From Verrucomicrobiia bacterium (GTDB lineage Bacteria; Verrucomicrobiota; Verrucomicrobiia; Limisphaerales; UBA11358): 64,000 bases of DNA. The stretch covers positions 67,582 through 131,581 of the forward strand of contig DASXDM010000013.1 of assembly GCA_036490655.1 (NCBI GenBank), read 5' to 3'. The notes below the pieces were generated by a model. It worked only from the letters and a program-made list of their open reading frames with translations, did not search any database and was not told where the DNA came from. Shown in pieces: positions 56,804-64,000 of the stretch (its first letter is position 1; every line of letters starts with the position of its first letter). A program made the translations under genes and the position numbers.

Positions 56804-58243
56804 TTAACACACGCGAGCCGTCTCCATCCGCAAGAGCTTGCCAAGTTTTTCAATTTTTTGCGCGATGTGGCCGACTCCCACAGCGCAATGATGCGCCGGC
56901 CCGTGCGCGTTCCAATCATTCACAAATTTTCGTGCGCTCAGGGGAAACTTATAGCGGCTGTTCGTATTGCCGATTTCCAAAATTGGTCCGGCAACTGATT
57001 CGCCTTCCGCGACGAGGAATTTAAGCCTGCCCTCGGGAGTCTCAACGATTGAAAGCAAAGTCACCGGGCCATGTTTGACGGACATTTCCACCGACAATCC
57101 CTGTCCCACTTTGCCGTGATACACTTTCAGGGGGCGCACCCGGATCTTCCCTTCGGCGATCTTGAGATGACCGGGTCCATCATGGCCCATCAACACGATG
57201 TCGTCGTTGAAATCAATCGCGTAAAATTCAGTGAAAGAGCCGCCCGCGCCGAAGACGTCCATGATCTTCATCGCGTTGGCGTTTTTGACTTCGTATTCAC
57301 CGGCGACAGGAATTCCCCGCGCCGTAAGCAGGGAGTTGCCTAGAATGATCGAGCTGATGGCGTTTTTGTTTTCAGCATTCCCGCTGCCCATGTAATAGTA
57401 CGCCAGCGAACCGAGATCGTGCCGGGCCACAAGTTTATCAAGGGCGACGGACGTCCTCGCCGCCCGCTCTAACCCGGTCCGCGAACAATCTTCCTGCACA
57501 TCGAAGATTTTTTTAAATTCCGTGATGCGCGAACGGATCTGCTTCACGGAAATTTCACGGCGCAACGCGGCCAGTTCGTCCACCTCGAGGATCTCGAGGT
57601 GACCCCCGAACGTGATGCTTTGCAGGGTTGTATCGGTGGAGATATCCAGCATTCCCCCGTAGTAATGCCCCATCAAGCCAAGGCGATTATGAGCCATGAC
57701 GTTCGCCACGCGCGCGGCTTCAACCCATGCTTCCACCTCGCTCCAACAAACCGGGTCGTCGTCCAAAGTCCCTGTGACCTGGTGAAAATCAATTTTCGCG
57801 CGCTGGAAAACATTCGCGATCTCGGGAACAGGACAGGCGCCGCAATGGGCCAGCCATTCGCCGGTCATCGCCTGGCGGTCGGGCATCCGGTTGAAACGGG
57901 CGTAGTCAATGGCCGCCGCGGGTTGCAGGTTCAAAATAATGACCGGAACTTTGGCGCGCTGCACCACCGGCAATACCGTGGAAGAGAGCGCGTAAGTCGT
58001 CACATAAAGAAAGATCAGGTCCACATCCGCCTCACGAAATTTGTGTCCGGCCTCAAAAGCTTTTGGCACGGAATCCACCAAACCGAGGCTCACGATCTCC
58101 ACCCCCGGACGCTTCAGCTTTTTTTCCACGACCCGGACATAATTCTCAAGCCGTGATTTCAAGCCTTTGAATTGCGGCCAGTATGCGTCGAGACCAATGC
58201 CGAACAGTCCGGCGCGGAGAGGATATTTGGTTTTGTTGGGCAT
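56804..58243 (-). CDS. L-arabinose isomerase-like sugar isomerase (AraA/FucI superfamily)
   Basis: 479 aa. LRAGLFGIGLDAYWPQF, VDLIFLYVTTYALSS, and MGHDGPGH near the C-terminus. Confidence 0.75.
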   Translation of the reverse strand: MPNKTKYPLRAGLFGIGLDAYWPQFKGLKSRLENYVRVVEKKLKRPGVEIVSLGLVDSVPKAFEAGHKFREADVDLIFLYVTTYALSSTVLPVVQRAKVPVIILNLQPAAAIDYARFNRMPDRQAMTGEWLAHCGACPVPEIANVFQRAKIDFHQVTGTLDDDPVCWSEVEAWVEAARVANVMAHNRLGLMGHYYGGMLDISTDTTLQSITFGGHLEILEVDELAALRREISVKQIRSRITEFKKIFDVQEDCSRTGLERAARTSVALDKLVARHDLGSLAYYYMGSGNAENKNAISSIILGNSLLTARGIPVAGEYEVKNANAMKIMDVFGAGGSFTEFYAIDFNDDIVLMGHDGPGHLKIAEGKIRVRPLKVYHGKVGQGLSVEMSVKHGPVTLLSIVETPEGRLKFLVAEGESVAGPILEIGNTNSRYKFPLSARKFVNDWNAHGPAHHCAVGVGHIAQKIEKLGKLLRMETARVC

Positions 58244-58251
58244 TCAATTAT

Positions 58252-60108
58252 TCAGGGAACGCGCCTGGGTCCGGCGGCGGTTTTGATTTTTTCGGAAACT
58301 TGGGGGCCGTTATTGGTCCAGATGTTTCCCGGACCATTTGCATTTCGCAAAAATTTGTCTGAGGGGCACCAGTTGTCGCGGAAAGTCATCTCGGAAGAAC
58401 CTTCGTCCGCATAAAGATAATACCAATGTTGCGGGTCGGGAACAAACCGGCTGGGCTGGATGCCTGAAAGGGAATTTTCCGCGACGACAGTTCCGGGTTG
58501 TGCCGACAACAAGTAGATGCCGCCGAGGTCGCCCAGCCGTTGCCCGATATCGTGAACACGGTTTGCGAGGATCAGATTGTCCGCCAGCGCATTCGTATTC
58601 TTCGTCCATCCCCAGCCCACACTAATCCCGGTATAAGGAAGATCGAACACTTCGTTGTGTTCGATCCTTACGTCGCGCGCATAGCCGACACAGATGCCGA
58701 CACAGCCCCAGTCTTCCGCGCCGCAGTCGGAAACAATATTATTCGAAATGGTTTCGCGCGCGCAGATCTCGCGCGCATCTTGAGGGTTATAGGGAACATG
58801 GGTTTCAACGTTCGTGTCGGAAAATTTTCCAAGCTGGATTCCATTGCCGCCGATGTCATGGAAAACACACCCTTCAACGAGGTCATCATGCGTGCCGCTT
58901 TGGAAGTCCAAGCCTGCCGAGGCGGTATGTTCAAAACTGCAATGCTCAAACATAACATTATTGGCATTTTCGACGGAGACTGCCGCCGGTGGCCGTCCCA
59001 CCCACGCCACGTTGTCTAATTTTGGGTGGTAACTTGTACCGTGGGGTGAAAGTTTATGGGCTTCAAGCATATACATCCCGGCTTGCAGCGGAACATGACC
59101 GCACTCAGAAGGACGTTGCCACGCCGTGTTGGCAAACGTGATCCCCTGGAATCGGATTTGGGACGCCGGTTGGTTCAAAGTTCCCGACACTTGAACGACC
59201 GTCTCCAGGACGGGCGCGATGACTTTTTCATCCGCGAGATTTTCACCATCGCGCGGCCAGTAATATATTTTACCCGCGCGCACATCTTCAAACCATTCGC
59301 CGGGCGAATCGAGGAATTGGATCGCGTTGGCGAGATAAAAAGGGGCGGCATAGTTTGAGTTGACGGTCACCGGCGGCCACGGATGCTGGAATTCGATCTG
59401 CCTTTCGGGTTGTTCAAAGGTGACACGCGCCACATTCTTCCGAATCTGAATGTGTTTGATCCGCAGATCGGCGATCTCCCAGACCTGATCGACGACCATC
59501 TCAAGCCCATCCGCTTTTTTAACTCCGGCCAGCAACGTTGCGGGAATCATCGCGACCTGGTTCGTTTTATCCCAACCGATGAGCCGGGAAAGATCTTCTC
59601 CGTTCGGCTGGCGTGCTAGCACAGCTTTTTTTTCGCCGATCCAAAGTTGGTGGAATTCGATCGTTTTTCCATTCACCGCCGGCGCATCAGCAACCCAGAT
59701 TTTCCCACGCGCCACCCCGGGCAGCCCGCGGATTTTTCCCCGCGATTTTTCCCAGCCGGAAACTTCGACGCCGCCGCTAAGGATGGGATTTTGGCCGGGG
59801 GCGGATTCAAGGGAGATTGGATTTGCGGCGCTGCCGGAATTAGCGGGGCTGAAGAGGAGGGGGGCAGGGAGCGGATAAACTCCGCCGTCTAAAATAAATT
59901 TTATCTGTTCGCCCGGGGGGATGTCGCCACGTTGGCACAAACCACACGCCTCCTGCCGGGCCCGCGAAATAGTGAGGAAAGGTTTTGTTTGCGTTCCGGG
60001 ATTCGCATCATTGCCATTGGGGGAGACCCAGAGCACAGCGGCATCGGCAGAAAGTACTATTTCTGCTGACACGATGATTTGCCAGAGAATTTTTTTTGCC
60101 GCGTGCAT
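58252..60108 (-). CDS. secreted right-handed parallel beta-helix protein (pectate-lyase-fold glycosidase/lyase; GH141-like possibility)
   Basis: 618 aa with a signal peptide. LWVSPNGNDANPGTQTKPFLTISRAR N-terminal motif. Repeated GxxI/N beta-helix turns: HDIGGNGIQLG, SDCGAEDWGCVGI. Confidence 0.75.
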   Translation of the reverse strand: MHAAKKILWQIIVSAEIVLSADAAVLWVSPNGNDANPGTQTKPFLTISRARQEACGLCQRGDIPPGEQIKFILDGGVYPLPAPLLFSPANSGSAANPISLESAPGQNPILSGGVEVSGWEKSRGKIRGLPGVARGKIWVADAPAVNGKTIEFHQLWIGEKKAVLARQPNGEDLSRLIGWDKTNQVAMIPATLLAGVKKADGLEMVVDQVWEIADLRIKHIQIRKNVARVTFEQPERQIEFQHPWPPVTVNSNYAAPFYLANAIQFLDSPGEWFEDVRAGKIYYWPRDGENLADEKVIAPVLETVVQVSGTLNQPASQIRFQGITFANTAWQRPSECGHVPLQAGMYMLEAHKLSPHGTSYHPKLDNVAWVGRPPAAVSVENANNVMFEHCSFEHTASAGLDFQSGTHDDLVEGCVFHDIGGNGIQLGKFSDTNVETHVPYNPQDAREICARETISNNIVSDCGAEDWGCVGICVGYARDVRIEHNEVFDLPYTGISVGWGWTKNTNALADNLILANRVHDIGQRLGDLGGIYLLSAQPGTVVAENSLSGIQPSRFVPDPQHWYYLYADEGSSEMTFRDNWCPSDKFLRNANGPGNIWTNNGPQVSEKIKTAAGPRRVP

Positions 60109-60165
60109 ATTGGATAAAGTTGAAGTTTGAACCGATGGCTTTCGGGAGGCAATGACAATTGCCCT

Positions 60166-60190
60166 TTTGCGCGGATTATCACTTTTAGCA
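60166..60190 (+). promoter_or_regulatory. TTTTGCGCGGATTATCACTTTTAGC, a degenerate relative of the 39473 element, upstream of the second DUF1559 gene
   Basis: Shares GCGGATT and the 10-mer CACTTTTAGC with 39476-39503. Confidence 0.3.
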
Positions 60191-60263
60191 AATGATTTGC
60201 CACTTTTCGTATTTCATGTTTTCAGGAAAATGTTATTGTTAAATACGATTCCAACAGACTCTT

Positions 60264-61232
60264 ATGCGCAGGTCCATTAGCAAGCCGATGGCAGTGCCTT
60301 CGGCGCAAACCTTCGACGGCATCAGAAATAGCCGCCGGAATGGCAATTTTCCAGTTTTGGGTTTTACCCTGATCGAACTTCTGGTGGTGATCGCGATCAT
60401 TGCGATCCTGGCGGCGATGCTTTTGCCGGCCCTGGCCAAAGCGAAGGAACGCGCCCGCGCCATCCAGTGTTTGGGCAATACGAGGCAATTGATGATCGGA
60501 TGGTTGATGTATCCCAGCGACAATAATGAAAGGCTCATGAATAATGGGGGCAGCGGCATCAGTTGGGTGGGGGATAATACTTTGAATTGGTCTTCAAGCA
60601 GCGATAACACCAACACCCAGATTTTGCTGGATCCCAAGCAATCTTTGATGGCGAATTATTGCCCGCAGGTGGGGATTTATAAATGCCCCAGCGATGTCAT
60701 TCCTTCCGCAAATGGGCAGCGTGTCCGGAGTGTATCCATGAATGGCGCGTTGGGGAACCATACCCCGGCGGTGCAGGGAACATTCCCGAATCCACCCGGA
60801 AGATATTACTATGGTGGTGGCTCGGGGGGTGGCGCCCTGTTAGCGGGGGGGGCTCTCAAAACGACGGATTTAACTTTTCCCGGGCCGGTTAACATCTTTG
60901 TCACCCTGGATGAGCAGGCTGATAGCTTGTGTATCGGCGGTGATTCGACGTTTGCCTTTGATCCCGGGGCTTCCCCTGCGGGCGGTGAATATTGGCGCGA
61001 CCTGCCCGCCAGTTATCATGATGGAGCCTGCTGTTTATCTTTTGCGGACGGCCACTCTGAGCTTCACAAGTGGTTGAACAGAAATCATCCGCCCGGGCCG
61101 TCAAGCATTCCGGCACTCACCGTTTACCCGATCATCGTCAATGAGACTGCCAAGCCGTGGCAAACGGCAAAAATGTTCGATTCCATCGATTATGAATGGA
61201 TGCAGGATTGTATGCCATATAAACCGATCTGA
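60264..61232 (+). CDS. prepilin-type N-terminal cleavage/methylation domain protein, DUF1559 / H-X9-DG family (second copy)
   Basis: 322 aa. [23 protein letters not shown] and C-terminal [12 protein letters not shown]. Confidence 0.9.
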   Translation: MRRSISKPMAVPSAQTFDGIRNSRRNGNFPVLGFTLIELLVVIAIIAILAAMLLPALAKAKERARAIQCLGNTRQLMIGWLMYPSDNNERLMNNGGSGISWVGDNTLNWSSSSDNTNTQILLDPKQSLMANYCPQVGIYKCPSDVIPSANGQRVRSVSMNGALGNHTPAVQGTFPNPPGRYYYGGGSGGGALLAGGALKTTDLTFPGPVNIFVTLDEQADSLCIGGDSTFAFDPGASPAGGEYWRDLPASYHDGACCLSFADGHSELHKWLNRNHPPGPSSIPALTVYPIIVNETAKPWQTAKMFDSIDYEWMQDCMPYKPI

Positions 61233-61300
61233 CGGATTAGACCGAGATTAACGAAAACCTTTAACCCAGTTAAAAGTGTTGGAGCAATTTGGAGAAGTGG

Positions 61301-64000
61301 ATGGAGAACCAAACAACTGAAACAGCAAGCCAAATAAAGTCCATGAAAACCCGGCAACCTACCAAAACAAACAACCAACCTGTCAACAATGCAATTGGCG
61401 GGGTCGTAAAACGAAACACGCCAGGAATTTTCTTCCTGTGCCTCCTCGCCCTGATGGCGTTTTGTGCCACGGCCAGTGCGCAAACAGCCGCTGCGGTGCG
61501 GTTCACGTTTGTGCAAGACCGAATCACCGTGCCGCTCAATTCGTCAAACGTGACGTCGATCACCAATACGCTGCAACTGGTCAGTGCCGCGTCCAATGCT
61601 AATTTTACGGTGACAGGCCTGCCGGCGGGCGCCACCGCGGTGCTGACGGACACCAACGGCAATGCGTTGATTTCAACAACTGATAACACCAATCTGGTAT
61701 TGACGCTCGACACGACGAACATCGCTGAGGGCGTATATAACTTTGCCATCAACGTGTCGGGGACGGACACGAACGGGGTGGCATACTCGGAGAGTGTGCC
61801 GTATGTCCTGCAGGTGGCCTATGAATGGAATGGGACCTTGAACAACACGCTCAACTGGTCGAGCGCGGCCAGTTGGCTGGGCGGCGGCGTGCCGACGAAC
61901 GTGGATGATGTGGTCTTCACCGATACGGGCGCCCAGACGAATGGTTTTGCCGGGACGACGGGCATTGCTTTCACGAACAGCATCGTGGACACCAATTTCA
62001 CGATCGCCTCATTGCGGTTTGCGCAGACCGGCGTGACGAATTCATTTGTGACCAATCCGCCGCCGGTTTTTCATCATGTGCATATCGCGGCGGGCCAGAC
62101 ATTGACGATCACCGGAACAAACGGTCTGAGCCTGATGCGGGACATATTTGACGATGCGACCGCTCTCTTGAACGCGCCGATCGTCGACATTTCCGGTGAC
62201 GCCGGGGCGAAGCTGGTCATGAGCAATCTAAATGCAAATGCGACGATATTTGTCGGTGGCGGCCTGATTCCCACGCTGAACGTATCCAATCTGCCGAGTT
62301 TGAGCATCACCGCCAATCGCATCGGCATTGGTGATTACCTGTTGTATCCCAACTACCGCGGCATCAATACGGCAATGAATGAAGGGCGTGACACAAACAC
62401 GTATTCGGCGCGTCCCCGTCAATTGAGTGGAAATGTTTATCTGGCGGTGACGAATGTGTTCACTTCACCTTACGTGGACCCGAATAATTACACGAATGTA
62501 TATACCCGGAGTTATCCATTCATGTTGTATAACAACGAGCAGAACGGCGTAGGGAGCAGCACATCGCAACAGTTCTTATTGGGCCAGACCAACCGGTTTT
62601 TGATGGACGCCGTGTGTTTCTACGGAGCGAGTGGCAACGGCACGACATCCTTTGGCATGACCAACGGCGGCGCGCTGTTCCGCAATACCAACGGCACCAG
62701 CGTCATGTCTGTCTTTACGGTGGCAGACGATGGCGGCACCAACGAAGCGGCCAGCAACATCAAAGGCAATGTGGACTTTTCCGCAAACAATGGGTTGGTG
62801 GACGCGCAGGTGGACCGGTTGTATGTGGCCCGGGACCGGGTGCAGATCGCCACCAACCAGACGCCCAACGTCCAGGGGAGCCTGACGATTGGCCGCGGCA
62901 ATTTCATCGCCAACACAGCCATCCTGGGATACCAGGAGCACACCAAGCCGGATTGGACTTTGATCGGTGGCGGACAGGCCTATCTGAATTATTGCCGGGG
63001 CAGCCTGGTAGTCACCAATGGCGGCACATTCAAAGTGAATGGCACATTGACGTTGGGGTATACGGCGGACACCAATAGTTCGGGAGACGCGCAGCAATAT
63101 AACACTTACGGCCAGGTCACTGTTTACAGCAACAGCATAGTAGCCGTGAACAACGTGGTCGTGGACGGCAACTTGAATTATTATGATGGTTCAAACATTC
63201 GACAGAACAATATTGGGATCAACCAGGGCGGCAATTTTATCGTTACCAATACCCTGGGCGGGAATAATTATGCCGGAAGCTCATCACCGAACTTTGCCAA
63301 CCAGGGATTGCCCGGCCTGCCTTTGGATAATTTGACGATGAGTCCTGGATCCGTACTGACTTTATTTGTCAGCCCGGCCAGGACGAATGTTTATGTGAGG
63401 AATTTCACCAGTACTGGCACGACTCCGGGCACGATCCGGATCGCTTCGCTTGCCGGCGTGACCAGCTATCCGGCCACGATTCCCTTGATCGCTTTTTCGT
63501 CAGCGACACCCTTTTTAGCGGCGGACATGTCGCCGGTCGCCGGGAGTAATCCGGGAGTGCAAGGTTATATCCTGACCGACGGAAACGGCAAGACGATCAA
63601 CCTGTTCCTGACGACCAATGCGCCGAACACTCTGGTCTGGCGCGGAACTGTCAACAATAACTGGGACCTGACTACGGCCAACTGGATAACGTCGCCAGGC
63701 GGGGTTCAGACGAACTTCTCAATGGGTGACATCGTTACCTTCGATGACAGTTCCACCGTCACGAATATCAACGTTGCCACGGTAGTGGTTCCGAACCAGG
63801 GGACCAATAGCGGGATGACGATCAGCAACTCGGTCAACCTTTACACTTTTGGGGGCAGTGGCGCCATCGCGGGAACAGCCAAGCTGTTGAAGCAAGGCAC
63901 CAACGATGTGATCTTCCAAACTTCAGAGGCGGGTCCGTTCTCGGTCACGGCTGGACGGCTGGACGTGAACAACAATGGCGCGTTGGGCAACACGACCTTG
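61301..64000 (+). CDS. giant secreted surface protein with autotransporter-associated beta-strand (PATR) repeats, 3'-truncated by the window edge
   Basis: Not in the ORF track because no stop is reached. I translated the frame from ATG 61301 (alternative start 61343) and spot-checked it stop-free to 64000, which is 900 codons. Signal peptide IFFLCLLALMAFCATASA. PATR signature: NTLVWRGTVNNNWDLTTANW...FSMGDIVTFDD...YTFGGSGAIAG...LKQGTN...LDVNNNGALGNTTL. Confidence 0.8.
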   Translation, partial: MENQTTETASQIKSMKTRQPTKTNNQPVNNAIGGVVKRNTPGIFFLCLLALMAFCATASAQTAAAVRFTFVQDRITVPLNSSNVTSITNTLQLVSAASNANFTVTGLPAGATAVLTDTNGNALISTTDNTNLVLTLDTTNIAEGVYNFAINVSGTDTNGVAYSESVPYVLQVAYEWNGTLNNTLNWSSAASWLGGGVPTNVDDVVFTDTGAQTNGFAGTTGIAFTNSIVDTNFTIASLRFAQTGVTNSFVTNPPPVFHHVHIAAGQTLTITGTNGLSLMRDIFDDATALLNAPIVDISGDAGAKLVMSNLNANATIFVGGGLIPTLNVSNLPSLSITANRIGIGDYLLYPNYRGINTAMNEGRDTNTYSARPRQLSGNVYLAVTNVFTSPYVDPNNYTNVYTRSYPFMLYNNEQNGVGSSTSQQFLLGQTNRFLMDAVCFYGASGNGTTSFGMTNGGALFRNTNGTSVMSVFTVADDGGTNEAASNIKGNVDFSANNGLVDAQVDRLYVARDRVQIATNQTPNVQGSLTIGRGNFIANTAILGYQEHTKPDWTLIGGGQAYLNYCRGSLVVTNGGTFKVNGTLTLGYTADTNSSGDAQQYNTYGQVTVYSNSIVAVNNVVVDGNLNYYDGSNIRQNNIGINQGGNFIVTNTLGGNNYAGSSSPNFANQGLPGLPLDNLTMSPGSVLTLFVSPARTNVYVRNFTSTGTTPGTIRIASLAGVTSYPATIPLIAFSSATPFLAADMSPVAGSNPGVQGYILTDGNGKTINLFLTTNAPNTLVWRGTVNNNWDLTTANWITSPGGVQTNFSMGDIVTFDDSSTVTNINVATVVVPNQGTNSGMTISNSVNLYTFGGSGAIAGTAKLLKQGTNDVIFQTSEAGPFSVTAGRLDVNNNGALGNTTL

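Noticed and set aside
62576-63097. Minus-strand ORFs (62576-63097, 62620-62946, 61270-61770, 61819-62055, 62074-62328) and the plus-strand ORF 62614-63078 in the last 3 kb
   Set aside because: All lie inside or antisense to the long open plus-strand frame starting at 61301. That frame carries a signal peptide and PATR-repeat signatures, and is missing from the track only because it has no stop within the window.

Overview
This window looks like a chromosomal plant-cell-wall polysaccharide utilisation super-locus from a GC-rich (roughly 55-60% by eye) PVC-group bacterium (Verrucomicrobiota/Planctomycetota-like). Supporting signs are two prepilin-type '[10 protein letters not shown]' DUF1559/H-X9-DG proteins, a giant PATR-repeat surface protein, and very tight gene packing with many ATGA start/stop overlaps. 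I call about 50 protein genes and 2 IS1-family transposase relics, and saw no rRNA, tRNA or CRISPR. Blocks: (i) GH31 alpha-xylosidase-like, GH74 xyloglucanase-like and an unknown 625-aa secreted protein. (ii) An AT-richer, IS-scarred 3.4-kb island (about 9.5-12.9 kb) carrying a kinase-fold-like orphan and a proteasome-beta/HslV-like Ntn-hydrolase orphan. (iii) A PQQ cluster in the unusual order pqqA-C-D-E-B, whose 25-codon pqqA (12949-13026) is absent from the ORF track. (iv) MFS transporter, a signal-less GH78 and an (alpha/alpha)6 glycosidase. (v) GH2, RuBisCO-like protein, DUF1537 kinase, racemase-fold protein and BASS transporter. (vi) L-fucose-isomerase-like protein, split transketolase, FGGY kinase and an ABC importer with no ATPase gene. 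(vii) A 9-gene array with essentially no spacers: BNR/sialidase-like protein, SSS symporter, Fe-ADH, DHDPS-family aldolase, PdxA-like dehydrogenase, second DUF1537 kinase, AraC regulator, GH2, GH95. (viii) Beta-helix protein, arabinose-isomerase-like protein and a secreted GH78. The most interesting observation is that blocks v, vi and vii look like three co-located, apparently undescribed variants of acid- or branched-sugar catabolic pathways. They fit the rare sugars of rhamnogalacturonan-II (apiose, Dha/Kdo, aceric acid), and several operon starts share upstream sequence words. All family calls rest on motifs recognised by eye in the translations; no database search, HMM or folding program could be run.
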